A stretch of 64,000 bases of DNA from an uncultured Acidobacteriaceae bacterium (GCA_963840675.1 CAWJAB010000054.1:85196-149195), one strand, 5' to 3'. Positions 1 through 10,436 are shown, counted from the first letter of the stretch. Notes: generated by a model not told the origin, from the sequence alone. A program made the numbers and translations.

Positions 1-914
1 TTGCGGTCAAAGGAGACCAGAGTGTCGGCATCGTCGACTCCGGGACGAACGAAAAGGTGGCCGAGGTCCCGGAGGGTGGCGTAACCGGCCACGAGCTCAC
101 GGTTTCGCCGGACGGCCGCACCGCTTACGTGCCAATCTACGGGAACGCCGGGGTCGGCGAACCAGGAACGGACGGGCACAACATGGTGGTGATCGATCTT
201 GTCTCCCGCAAAGTGACTGGCAATGTCGATTTCGGCAAAGGCGTCAGGCCGCACTGCCCGGTTTTCGGGCCGAAGAACGGTTTGCTCTATGTCACTACGG
301 AGCTTAATCGTTCGGTCACCATCATCGACCCTAAAACTTTGCGCATCATCGGCTCCGTTCCCACCGATCAGGACCAGTCACACATGCTGGTTATTTCTCG
401 CGATGGGCACCGCGGATACACAGCCAATGTTGGGCCTGGGACCGTCTCAGTCCTGGACCTTGACGCGCGCAAGACAATCGCCGTCATCCCTGTCTCTGGC
501 CAGGTTCAGCGCATCGCAATGTCCGTCGACGGCAGCAAGGTGTTCACCTCAGACCAGACAAAACCTCAGCTGGCGGTGATCGACACCGCCACCAATAAAG
601 TGGGCCAGTGGGTGCCCCTCCCCGATCTTGGGTACGGAACGGCGGTGACCCCCGACGGCAAGTGGCTGATCATCGCGAATCCCTTGATCCACAAAGTGTC
701 TGCACTGAACCTCAGCACCATGAAGGTTGAGCACATCATCGATGTGCCCGTCAGGCCGCAGGCGATCCTGGTGAACCCCAACAACCAGGTCGCCTACGCC
801 TCGTGCGACAAGAGCCGCAAGGTTGCGGTCATCAACCTCTCCGATTGGACCGTCAAGGATCTTATCGACGTAGGCCCCGGCGCGGATGGCATGGCGTGGG
901 CAAAAGCAGAGTAA
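1..914 (+). CDS. YVTN / lactonase-type 7-bladed beta-propeller repeat protein (5' end outside window)
   Basis: The frame is open from base 3 (AVKGDQSVGIVDSGTNEKV precedes the first Met of ORF 57..914). Repeating ~40-aa blades: TVSPDGRTAYV, GPKNGLLYVT, VISRDGHRGYT, MSVDGSKVFT, AVTPDGKWLII, NPNNQVAYAS. Confidence 0.6.
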   Translation, partial: AVKGDQSVGIVDSGTNEKVAEVPEGGVTGHELTVSPDGRTAYVPIYGNAGVGEPGTDGHNMVVIDLVSRKVTGNVDFGKGVRPHCPVFGPKNGLLYVTTELNRSVTIIDPKTLRIIGSVPTDQDQSHMLVISRDGHRGYTANVGPGTVSVLDLDARKTIAVIPVSGQVQRIAMSVDGSKVFTSDQTKPQLAVIDTATNKVGQWVPLPDLGYGTAVTPDGKWLIIANPLIHKVSALNLSTMKVEHIIDVPVRPQAILVNPNNQVAYASCDKSRKVAVINLSDWTVKDLIDVGPGADGMAWAKAE

Positions 915-916
915 AG

Positions 917-1991
917 CTACTTTCCAATGGTGTAGTAGTCGTAAGTGTATTTCCAGGTAAAGTCTTTTCCGGGCTCAATCGACATATGGATAAAGGGCTC
1001 CATGGCAAGGATGGATCGAATGGACCATAACTCTTCGCTTTCGAGAGGCCGGTCGCCGGTGATCTTCATGCCGGCGCCGACGTGCTTGTTCTCGATCGTG
1101 ATCTGATAATCGGCAGCGGTCTTGCCGAATCCTTCGATGCCCATTGCGAACTGGTCGTGCCCCTCAAGCTTCTTTACGTAAGAAATAGTTTTTCCATTCA
1201 CCGCGCCGAGTGTGGCGTTCACCGGCTTGGCGGGGCGAATCTCAAAAGGCAGGGTGATGGTGAAGTCAGGCCCGATCCCCTGATTGTCGAGAACCAGGAA
1301 ATTATGGTCGTAAACACTGCTCACGATCGTCCGCTTGCCAATATTGGTCAGGCGATGCTCGATCACCATCTGCGGCTTGCCGGGAACCAGGCGCACTAGC
1401 TTTTTCGTAAAGATAGCCGTAGCCCGAGGAAGGATCGGTGACTCTCTGCGAAAAGGCAACCGAGTCCGGCTTCGCCTGCACCGACCATTCGCCGTGATCG
1501 ACAATGTCATAGAGGCGGAACATACTGTATTTCTCATCGTCGGGCTTGCGCAGAACGCCTACACCGATTTTGAGGAACGTCCCGCCAGACTTAGCCTCAC
1601 TGAAGCCGAGGCCTTCCCCGTTGGTGGAGAATTCTTCCACTGGTCCGGTAATCGCGCTGCAGGGACCGGCGACAATATCCTCGCCCTGATAGATATAGTC
1701 CACGACAGCCGGATCGGTCTTTGTAAACCACGGACCGTAGTAATTATGGCCGGCATACGTCAGGCTCCCGATCACGCCGGACCAGTCAAAGCGCGTTCCC
1801 TGATAGAAGCCGCTGATCGGATCGGGAGGATGAATCGTTGCCTGGATCATGCCGTTGGTGATCTGCAGGTCGTGGGTTTCAGCCGAGCTCATGCAGGAGA
1901 ACCCCAGCAGGGCTGCGAGAAGAATGCGCACTGGAAAACCTGTCGCGATTGGTTGAGATTGCGCAACCATTTTCCTGCAGAGGGTAGACAT
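917..1991 (-). pseudogene. Secreted protein of unknown function (possibly galactose-mutarotase-like fold), frame-disrupted paralogue of 15709..16800
   Basis: ORFs 1302..2099 and 917..1537 are the two halves of one protein when aligned to the intact paralogue (GTRFDWSG/GARFDWSG; GYGYLYEK/GYAYLYEK; LTNIGKRTIVSSVYDHNFLVLDN/LKNIGTKPLHTTVYDHDFYILDN). The frame changes right after YLYEK at the T5 run 1401-1405. ATG 1991 has AAGGAGG 7 nt upstream and gives a signal peptide (..LLGFSCMSSA). Confidence 0.7.
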
Positions 1992-2033
1992 TTGCTGACC
2001 TCCTTTGAAGCGGCGCAGTCGTGAGCCGGCGAC

Positions 2034-2057
2034 GGTGCGAAATATTGCGAAATCGCC
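2034..2057 (-). promoter_or_regulatory. Direct-repeat motif site 1 (GGTGCGAAATATTGCGAAATCGCC), 43 nt upstream of the 1991 start
   Basis: Contains GCGAAA twice with 11-bp phasing. Matches site 3 (23231..23254) at 19 of 24 positions. Lies in the divergent region between the 917..1991 gene and the PQQ dehydrogenase. Confidence 0.4.
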
Positions 2058-2102
2058 GGCAGCAAGGTGAAGAGAAATTGTCTGTGCGCCTGCCAGCATA
2101 AT

Positions 2103-4041
2103 ATGATCGGGCTACAGCTAAGGGGCATCAGTATTTTGAAACCTCGGGTGTTTATCGCGGTCGCTGTCGCGGCTGCCGGTGCAATCCTTCTTACCATATC
2201 ACCGGCATGGTGCCAGTCAGACTGGCCGATGTACGGCCACGATGATAGCCAGCACGCGGTATTCCCCGTTGAAGCAGGTAAACACCAGCAACGTGCAAAA
2301 CCTGACACTGGCGTGGACCTACCATCTTAAAAGGACCGGACCACGGCCGCAGAAGATGGGGGCGGCCAGCAGGGGCGGCGGCAGGCGCTTGTCAGAGGCG
2401 ACGCCGATCGTGGTGAACGATACGTTGTTTATGCCCACTCCCTATAGCACCATCGTCGCGCTCAACCCTGAAACTGGCGACGAGATATGGACCTATAAGT
2501 TCGACAAAAGTCGTCCCGCACCCCGCGGCGTCTCTTACTGGCCGGGAGATAAAGTAACGCCTGCGTCTATCTTGTGCGGAACGGGCGACGGAAGACTTCT
2601 GTCTCTCGATGCGAAGACCGGGAAACCTACGGCCGGCTTCGGTACCGATGGATTTGTGGATTTAAAGGCCGGCGTCGACAATGGTTTCCCGCACGCTCAA
2701 TACAATGTGAACTCGCCACCGATGGTCTACAAAGACCTGGTGATTACCGGGGCCGAAGTTCAGGAGTCACCCGGGGCCGGGGCTTCGGGTGACATTCGTG
2801 CATGGGATCTGCACACCGGCAAGTTAGTCTGGCGGTTTCATTCTGTACCGCTCCCGGGAGAAGTTGGCCACGATACCTGGCCGGGCGATAGCTGGAGGAA
2901 CCGCTCGGGAACCAACGTATGGGGTTTGATGAGTGTGGATCTTAAGCAGGGCTTGGTGTTTCTTCCTTTCGGCTCGCCGAGCTACGATTTCTACGCTCCT
3001 GACAGAAAAGGCAAAGGTCTCTTCGGCAATGCCATCGTCGCGCTCAATGCGGATACGGGCAAACTGGTGTGGTATTACCAGACGGTCCACCACGATATCT
3101 TCGACTACGATCTGGAATCGGCTCCTGTTTTGATCGACATTAAGAAAGGGGGAGCGAAGATTCCCGCGGTCGCCGTCCTGGGAAAGAACGGCCTCCTCTT
3201 TATTTTGGATCGCCGCGACGGTACGCCTATCTTTGGCGTGGAAGAGCGGCCGGTGCCTGCGAGCAAGGCGCCCGATGAGGCGGCGTGGCCAACCCAGCCC
3301 TTCCCTTTGAAGCCTCCTCCTCTGGGGCGGATGAGCTTCACTCCGGATGAGATCGCCACGGTAACCCCGGAACAGAAGAAAGTCTGCGAAGACTTGTACG
3401 CGACCGATGGTGGCATGGAGAACTACGGGGCATACACTCCGTTCGGATTGAAGATGACCATTCAGTTCCCGGGCACCATCGGGGCTGCCAACTGGCCGGG
3501 AATGTCGTTCGATCCAAAGCTGGGATATCTTTTCGTCAACACCAACAACCTGGCCGATGTTGGAAAGCTCATCAAGAATCCTGCTGGCCCGGATCCGCTT
3601 TACGAGCGGAAAAGTCCGTGGGGTGACTATGCCCGTTTTTGGAACAACGAAAAATTCTGGCCGTGCCAGCAACCGCCCTGGGGACAGCTTTGGGCAATCA
3701 ATGCCAACACCGGCGATGTTGCCTGGAAGATTCCTTTTGGAACCATCCCTGAGCTTGACGCGAAGGGGGTTCACGACACAGGAAGCTTGAATTTCGGCGG
3801 CCCGATTTCAACCGCGGGCGGATTGCTGTTTATCACGGCAACCACCGATCATCTCTTCCATGCGTACGAGGCCAAAACCGGCAAACTGTTGTGGCAGACG
3901 ACGATGGAGTCCGGGTCGTATACAACGCCCATGACTTATCTGGGCAAGAACGGCAAACAGTACGTGGTCACGGTCGCCACCGGCGGCAGTTTTTTTGACA
4001 CCACTGCCGGCGATTCGGTATTCGCCTATGCGCTGCCGTAA
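2103..4041 (+). pseudogene. PQQ-dependent (quinoprotein) sugar/alcohol dehydrogenase, 8-bladed propeller; N-terminal signal peptide out of frame
   Basis: ORF 2179..4041 has typical PQQ-propeller features (RYSPLKQVN..NLTLAWTY; repeated W-motif blades; C-terminal KQYVVTVATGG). The signal peptide and the conserved SDWPMYGHDDSQH lie in ORF 2067..2330, another frame. The frames join between 2251 and 2260 (..SQH / RYSPL..). Start is ATG 2103 or TTG 2136. Confidence 0.8.
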
Positions 4042-4052
4042 AGGGGGGTCGA

Positions 4053-4596
4053 ATGATGAGGCTGGTTGCAGTTTTCCTGGTAGTGGGACTGGGCAGCGCA
4101 TCCGCTCAGACGAGTCCTCGCCGCTGCCGCGATGCCGGAGGGCGCGGGCAAACCGATCGTGCAACGAGCATGCAGCGCCTGCCACGCGCTCACCGTGGTC
4201 ACTTCGAAACACGCCTCGCAAAAAGAATGGGATCAAGTGGTAAACCAGATGGTTTCGCGCGGGGCGGATCTTACCGACGATGAGATCGATACGGTGATCG
4301 AGTATCTCGCCAAGAACTATGGCCCTCTCGACCAGAAGACCACGCCATCGACCGATGCCGCAGCTTCTCCTTCCGATACAGCGGCTCCGCCGGATGCCGA
4401 TACGACCCCAGTGAATGTGAACAAGGCGAATGCGCAGGAATTGGAATCCTCTCTTGGCCTGGAAAAGTCAGAGGCGGAAGCGCTGGTGAAGTATCGAGAG
4501 CAAAACGGCAATTTCAAAACCTGGCACGACGTCGCAGCCGTCCCTGGAATTTCGGCCGCCAAAATAGAAGGAATGCAGAAGCGCATCACGTTCTAG
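4053..4596 (+). pseudogene. Exported haem-c domain protein fused to a ComEA-type helix-hairpin-helix domain; signal peptide out of frame
   Basis: ORF 4132..4596 has CSACH plus ..KEWDQVVNQMVSRGADLTDDEIDTVIEYL, which resembles the haem-binding domain of the quinohaemoprotein amine dehydrogenase alpha subunit. A Pro/Ala/Asp linker follows, then NVNKANAQELE..VPGISAAKIEGM (HhH). The signal peptide MMRLVAVFLVVGLGSASAQT is in ORF 4053..4283. The frame change is near 4112-4122. Confidence 0.65.
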
Positions 4597-4612
4597 AGTA
4601 AAGGCTAGTCTC

Positions 4613-5913
4613 ATGCAGACTCCAGACCGCGCGGCTACCCCTCTACGACCTACGCTCGCCCGCCACGTTGTGCTCGCGCTCATTGTTGCCGCTTACATCA
4701 TCACTTACATGGACCGGGTCAACATTTCGTCGGCCATGCCTGTGATCCAGCGTAACCTTGGGCTTTCAGCGATCGCGGTGGGATGGATCTTCAGCTCGTT
4801 CCGCTCGGGATACGCCCTGTTTCAAATTCCGGGAGGTTGGTTTGGCGACAAGGTTGGACCACGGCGCGCCCTCGCCTGCATCGTATGTTGGTGGTCGCTC
4901 TTCACCTCGTTGACCGCGCTTTGTTGGAGTGCCGTTTCGCTCGGCGCCTGCAGATTTCTCTTCGGCGTGGGCGAAGCGGGAGCCTTTCCCATTGCCACCC
5001 GTTCACTTTCTTATTGGATGCCCCCGGAAGAACGTGGCTTCTCGCAGGGGCTACCCCATGCGGCTTCTCGCTTAGGCGCAGCGCTCACTCCGCCGCTGGT
5101 TGTCATCCTTATGATCCACTTCGGCTGGCGTATGCCCTTTTTTCTTTTTGGGTTACTGGGTCTCACCTGGGCGGCCACATGGTATTGGTACTATCGCGAT
5201 CGGCCCGCCGATCATCGCAAGCGTCAACGCCGCGGAAATTGCCGTCATCAACCAGCCCGAAGCTTCCGCCAAAGATTGCTTCGCGCTCCGTGCCATGGCG
5301 GATAATTTTGAGAAACCGCACGGTCTGGATGCTGGCCATGATGTATTTTTGCTACGGCTATAGTATCGATATCTATCTCGACTGGTTCCCTAAATACCTC
5401 TACGATTCGCGCGGGGTGAATCTTAAGCAGATGGGCTTCTATGCCAGCCTTCCATTTATTGCGGGCGCTGCGGGCAACCTGCTAGGCGGTTGGCTTTCAG
5501 ATCTCTGGGCGGCGCGCACTGGCAATCTTACAACCGCGCGCCGAGTGATCGCGGTGCTTGGGTTTCTGATTGCGGCAGCATCGATCCTGCCCGCTACGTT
5601 TACCCGCCACACTACGGCATCTGTTCTCTTTTCGTGCGTCTCGGTCTTCGGGCTGGAGTTGACGGTGGGGGTATCGTGGGCCATTCCGCTCGATATCGGT
5701 GGGGACTTTGCCGGTTCCATCGCATCGATCATGAACACCTTCGGCAATCTGGGTGGCGCCATTTCGCCCGTCCTATTGGGCTATCTCCTGGGGTCGTACG
5801 GCTGGAACGTGCCGTTTATTGTCTCCTCCATCCTGTGCATCGTAGCTATCTTCTTCTGCTTCGGCATTGATCCCTCCCACGCTGTTTTGACGGAAGTTAC
5901 GATCGCCTCATGA
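4613..5913 (+). pseudogene. MFS transporter, ACS (anion:cation symporter, hexuronate/aldonate-type) family; two frame changes
   Basis: N-terminal half in ORF 4613..5305 (YMDRVNISSAMP..FQIPGGWFGDKVGPRR). The middle segment SVNAAEIAVINQPEASAKD is only in ORF 5148..5363. The C-terminal half is in ORF 4783..5913 (SVPWRIILRNRTVWMLAMMYF..). Frame changes are near 5211-5222 and 5274-5278. Confidence 0.8.
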
Positions 5914-6936
5914 ACACTCACACCCTCCCCGATCCCGCTCCGGTGCTTGCGCTTATCGACGCGTTTCGTTCGTCGAAAGCAATGTTTGTCGCTGTTTCGC
6001 TCGGCATATTCGATTCGCTCGAGAGAGAGCCGGCGTCCGCGGAGAAGCTTGCGGCCGAGACTCCCTGTGCAATGCGACCCACTGGAACGGCTGTTGGATG
6101 CATGTGCCGGGCTCGGGCTTCTGCACAAGCAAGACGGCATCTATAAGAACCAGCCAGTGGCCAGCACGTATCTCTGCCGCGGTACGGCGAACACCGTCGC
6201 CGGCTACATTCTCTACTCCGATCGGGTCCTCTTTCAGCTGTGGGCCCACCTGGAAAATGCGATTCGCCATGGCGGCCCGCAATGGAAGCAGGCGTTCCAT
6301 CAAGAGGGCGGCATCTTCGACCACTTCTTCCGCACCGACGAGGCCATGCAGGATTTTCTTCAAGGCATGGATGGTTTCGGAAAGCTGAGTTCTCCGCTGG
6401 TGGTCTCTGCCTTCGATTTATCGCGTTTCAAGAGATTCGTAGATCTTGGCGGCGCCACTGGTCATTTGGCTATCGCCGCCTGCGAGCGATATCCGGCAAT
6501 GAACGCGATACTCTTTGATCTTCCCCGCGTCATCGACGCGGTCGGTCCCCGGATCGCTCTATCCTCCGTCGCCTCACGCATCGAGATGGAAAGGGGCGAC
6601 TTCTTCCACGCGGGAGATCTTCCCCATGGCGACTTGTTTGGCCTGGGAAGAATCTTGCACGACTGGCCGGACGATAAAGTAAGCGGCCTGCTGCGATCCA
6701 TCCACCAGCGCTTGTCTTCCGGCGGTGGAATCCTGTTGGCAGAGAAGCTGTTGCAGGAAGACAAGGCGGGCCCGGTAGCAGCCCAACTGCAATCGTTGAA
6801 CATGCTGGTCTGCACTGAGGGCAAGGAGAGAACGCTGGGCGAATTTCGTGCGCTTCTGGAGTCTGCGGGCTTTACTGATGCACGCGGTTGCGTTACTGGC
6901 GCGCCGCTGGACGCAATCTTTGCCGTGAAAGCGTAA
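5910..6936 (+). pseudogene. Class I SAM-dependent O-methyltransferase (family 2, ASMT/COMT-like); one frame change
   Basis: The dimerisation-domain N-terminus (LIDAFRSSKAMFVAVSLGIFDSL..EKLAAE) is in ORF 5910..6146. The remainder (CDPLERLLDACAGLGLL..VDLGGATGHLAIA..ILHDWPD) is in ORF 5947..6936. The join is near 6050-6075. ATG 5910 overlaps the MFS stop (ATGA). Confidence 0.8.
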
Positions 6937-6955
6937 GAGTAGAAAGGAAAACGTT

Positions 6956-8164
6956 GTGTTCCTTCGACGCCTTACTGTCCTTTACTTCGTTCTGTTCCTC
7001 TTCATAGCTCCTGCGGCCCATGCGCAGTTCGTGCATACGCAAGGAACTGGGATCGTGAACGGTTCCGGCAAGCCGCTCCTGATTCGCGGGATCAGCATTG
7101 GCAATTGGTTAGTGCTCGAAGGCTACTTCTGGCGCTTTGGCGGCCTCAGCCAGGCGCAGACAGAAGTTGAGATGATCTTTACCGACCTGCTGGGATCGAC
7201 ACACGCACAGGAATTCCTTTACAACTGGCGTCAGAACTTCATGTCTGAGGCAGATGTCCATCGCATTAAGCAGGACGGATTCAACACCATCCGCATCCCT
7301 TTGCACAGCAAATATTTCAAGAGCGATGACGACGAGGGCTTCAAACTCATCGATCAGCTGTCTCAGTGGTGCAGCCAGGAACATATTTATATCGTTTTGA
7401 TGTTGGAGTCCGGTATCGGCGGTTTTACCGGCGAGGCTAGTGACGACGGTCCTGGTTATCCGTGGCTGTTGAAGGACGCCGGCATGCAGAATTATGTCTC
7501 GGAAGTCTGGCAGCGGATCGCCAACCACTATAAAGACGATCCCACGATTCTGGGCTACGATCTTCTCAACGAGCCGTTGCTATGGTCTGGGTATCTCGAT
7601 ATGGAGCCTCTTATCGAGCCGGAGTATCGTCGTTTAACCGAGGCCATCCGCAAGGTCGACACCCATCACATGATCATTCTGCAGCCTCCTCTTGGACGCT
7701 TCAGCGCGTTTGGCAAGCCCTTCGACAACAACACTGCGTACAGCTTCCACAGCTACAGCGCCACCCCGCGGGTTGAGTTCTTGCAGCAATACCTCGATTT
7801 CCGCGCCAAGTATCAAGTGCCGATCTTCTATTCTGAGATCTATGCGGAGCGCATGCCGGAGTGGCTGACTGCCCACGTCAACCTGGCCGAGAAGTACAAC
7901 ATCGGCTGGATGATCTGGCCCTATAAAAAGATGGCGGGTGACTCGCCTGGTCCGTATACCTTTCCTTCCCCCGCTGATTGGCCAAAGATCATCACTTTTG
8001 CTCATCAGCCTCGCGACGATCGGGCCGTCAGAGACAGGAATGCATTGCGGCCACCCCAGAAAGACACGGATGCCATGTTTGCAGAGATCCTCGAGAACGA
8101 GAAGAACGAGCATCTCACCGTGCATCCTGAATATCTTGAGCTACCGGGTATTACTGCGCACTAA
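6956..8164 (+). CDS. Glycoside hydrolase family 5 (cellulase/mannanase-like), secreted
   Basis: Signal peptide (LYFVLFLFIAPAAHAQ), FNTIRIPL, the acid/base motif YDLLNEP, and a candidate nucleophile in PIFYSEIY. GTG start. Confidence 0.7.
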   Translation: MFLRRLTVLYFVLFLFIAPAAHAQFVHTQGTGIVNGSGKPLLIRGISIGNWLVLEGYFWRFGGLSQAQTEVEMIFTDLLGSTHAQEFLYNWRQNFMSEADVHRIKQDGFNTIRIPLHSKYFKSDDDEGFKLIDQLSQWCSQEHIYIVLMLESGIGGFTGEASDDGPGYPWLLKDAGMQNYVSEVWQRIANHYKDDPTILGYDLLNEPLLWSGYLDMEPLIEPEYRRLTEAIRKVDTHHMIILQPPLGRFSAFGKPFDNNTAYSFHSYSATPRVEFLQQYLDFRAKYQVPIFYSEIYAERMPEWLTAHVNLAEKYNIGWMIWPYKKMAGDSPGPYTFPSPADWPKIITFAHQPRDDRAVRDRNALRPPQKDTDAMFAEILENEKNEHLTVHPEYLELPGITAH

Positions 8165-8194
8165 GAAATCTAATAAGCTGTTGGAGGGACTCCC

Positions 8195-9197
8195 TTGAGC
8201 AAAGCTAATAACAGAAATGCGCTCTCGACTGTTGCGGCGGTCACGTTGTTCTCCGTTGCGCTCTCCGCCCAAACGCCTTCTGCGGCGCCCGGGGCTATCG
8301 TCCCGCCGGGAAAGGCACCCCACATTGGCGGCAACAGCTTCGAGGGGCCAAAGGATGTCGTCTATCTACCCACCCGTCCGTTGGAAGATACCCGCGTGAA
8401 CATGTACTTCGGGGACTGGCGCAACTCTGAGCCACGCGTCATGTTCGGTTCGCTTGTGGTGCGCGACATTCTGACTCCAGGGGACAACCTCAGCCCGCCT
8501 TACCCCGGCGCGGTACTCGAGCGGGCAAAATTCCTATCCCTCGGCAAGCTTGAGCCGGGGGCACGGACGGTTCCCTCCACGCTTCAAGGGGTGCAGGTTT
8601 TCTTCTACGTGAGCTGCGGGCGAGGGTGAGGTGTCGGGCGGCGGCAAGACTGAGTCAATCCACAAAGGCAGCGCCATCCTTATACCAGAGGGCCTGGAAT
8701 TTACCCTGCACAACACGGGAGAGACGCAGCTCGAGACTTACATGATCGGCGACCCTACGTTTCCCGGATTCCAGCCGCTTACTTCCTTCCAGGTCAAAGA
8801 CGAAGATAAACTGCCGCATAGCAAGCCGGCCGAAGAGTCACCTTTTACCAACCCTGGCGCGGGCGGGCACTGGGCTCACATCACCCACGGTTTCTACAAC
8901 AACAAGAATGGCCTGGCCACGGTGGGGGCCATCATCACCGTGCAGATCCTGCCCCTGCAACTGGGTGAGCCGCACCCACACTTCCCTGGTCATGAAGAGA
9001 TCTGGTGCGAAGTGGAGGGCAAGAGCCTCGCCTTTTATGGGTCTCAGCTGCGCATGCAGCACCCCGGGGAGGCCTATATGTTGCGTCCGGATAACCTCAC
9101 AACGCATTCCAATATCAATTTTGAGGAACGCGGAGACGCGCCGATCAAGTTCCTGTGGTTCAGCACCAGCAATCATGTTTCTACAACGCCGCACTGA
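8195..9197 (+). pseudogene. Secreted bicupin-like protein, frame-disrupted paralogue of 9521..10360
   Basis: ORF 8195..8629 ends at TGA 8627-8629 and ORF 8631..9197 continues in the +1 frame. Removing one nt gives ..FFYVSCGRGEVSGGGKTESI.., colinear with the paralogue ..YYFTSGIGVISAAGDSI... The C-terminal cupin motifs are intact (PHPHFPGHEEIW; PGEAYMLRPDNLTTHSNIN). TTG start with GGAGGGA 5 nt upstream. Confidence 0.7.
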
Positions 9198-9207
9198 CTG
9201 ACTTGAG

Positions 9208-9506
9208 AAACTGCAGATCCCTCGGCTTCGCTCGGGATGACAAAGGAGATGGCGACGCTTCCATGGAGAGCGGTCGCCAGATTGAGATAACCGCAGGTCC
9301 CTACGCTGCGCTCCGGTCGGGATGACAAGTTTGTTTTGAAATCGACGATTTTTCGGGAAAGATTCGCTTCAGCAATCGCTCTCGATGGAAGCGCCACGCT
9401 CCCCTTTGTCATCCCGAGGAGCGTAGCCGAGGGATCTGCAGTTCCGCGGACGATTCCTGGAAATGTTTTTCGACAGAGCGCAGCGTAGTGGAGGGACCTG
9501 CGGTTC
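9208..9506. repeat. Cluster of family-A palindromic repeat units (CTGCAGATCCCTCGGCTWCGCTCGGGATGACAAAGG type)
   Basis: The unit at 9209-9246 recurs inverted at 9403-9443, and the arms extend through GGCGACGCTTCCATGGA / TCGATGGAAGCGCCAC. A second unit, AACCGCAGGTCCCT, at 9289-9304 recurs inverted at 9491-9506. The same element occurs at 28430..28526 and 44313..44565. Confidence 0.85.
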
Positions 9507-9520
9507 TTTTCCTTTTCGAA

Positions 9521-10360
9521 TTACTTGTCCTCGGTGGCCACGAGAAGAAGCTTAATCTGGCTGTCTTCTGAGTAGTTGACGTTGGAGGTGGGAGCGAGAT
9601 TGTCGGGCGGGTGCTCGTAGGCCATGCCAGGGGGTTGACGGCGAAGGTAGGGACCGATGAAAGCAATGCTGGTGCCGGAGAGCTCCATCCATAGATGCTC
9701 GGTGTTTGGCTTGGTGCCCAGAAAGGGCCGGGTGATCGTCAGGTTATCGAGGGTCACCGTCTCGACGCTGCTGATCGTCGCCAGACCGTCGCTCGCAGTG
9801 AAGAGCGGCCTCACCAGGCGAGACCACTCCTGCTCCGCCGTGCTGATCGGCGTGATCTTCTCATCCTTAACCACGAGCTTGCCGCCCGGCTGAAAGCCGC
9901 CGCGGGTGGGCTCGGTAATGACGTATGCGCCCAGAGGGACCGTCCCCGTGTTCTTGATGGTGAACGCCAGATTGGCGGGAACCAGCACCGCGATGTTGAC
10001 CGAAACCGGAATTGAATCACCAGCGGCCGAGATCACGCCTATGCCGGAAGTAAAGTAATACACCCGCTGTTTGCCCGAAAGAGTAACGGACGGCGAGGAA
10101 GCACCCGGAGCCAGCGTGGCATACACATAGGAGTCAACATAGCGGAGGATGGCTCCCTTGGTGGTGGGCTTGATTGGGTCTCCCTTGGTGAAGACGGTGT
10201 ACTCCGTTACTGGACCCGTGGTTTGACCCTTCGATGCGTGCCAGTCGGCAAAATACATGTCGACATAGGCGTTGCTGCCTACCTGAAGCTCTTGCGCGGG
10301 CGCCAGAGGCGAAAGCGAGGTCACCGCGAGCAGAGCGGCCGCCAGCATCTTGCCTGTCAT
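9521..10360 (-). CDS. Secreted bicupin-like protein (intact paralogue of 8195..9197)
   Basis: Signal peptide MTGKMLAAALLAVTSLSPLAPAQ. Colinear with the 8195..9197 product. The metal-binding His positions of the cupin motif are largely replaced (PNTEHLW). Confidence 0.6.
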   Translation of the reverse strand: MTGKMLAAALLAVTSLSPLAPAQELQVGSNAYVDMYFADWHASKGQTTGPVTEYTVFTKGDPIKPTTKGAILRYVDSYVYATLAPGASSPSVTLSGKQRVYYFTSGIGVISAAGDSIPVSVNIAVLVPANLAFTIKNTGTVPLGAYVITEPTRGGFQPGGKLVVKDEKITPISTAEQEWSRLVRPLFTASDGLATISSVETVTLDNLTITRPFLGTKPNTEHLWMELSGTSIAFIGPYLRRQPPGMAYEHPPDNLAPTSNVNYSEDSQIKLLLVATEDK

Positions 10361-10412
10361 AGATTCTCCTTGTCTTTCGTCCCCAACATTTAACGTCTTT
10401 GCCTGGCCTTGG

Positions 10413-10436
10413 CAAGCGAAGTAGTGCGAAATCCGC
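10413..10436 (-). promoter_or_regulatory. Direct-repeat motif site 2 (CAAGCGAAGTAGTGCGAAATCCGC) overlapping a putative -35
   Basis: Identical to site 3 at 19 of the first 21 positions. In gene sense it reads TTTCGCACTACTTCGC-TTGCCA, then 17 nt, then TAAATG, then AAGGAG and ATG 10360. The motif therefore abuts a plausible sigma-70-like -35/-10 pair. Confidence 0.45.

Noticed and set aside
2824-3774. 316-aa minus-strand ORF inside the PQQ dehydrogenase
   Set aside because: It is antisense to a gene with strong family motifs and has no features of its own.
4783-5270. N-terminal ~160 residues of ORF 4783..5913 (MDLQLVPLGIRPV..)
   Set aside because: This part is an out-of-frame read-through overlapping the genuine MFS N-terminal half (ORF 4613..5305). 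Only the portion after about 5275 is real coding sequence.
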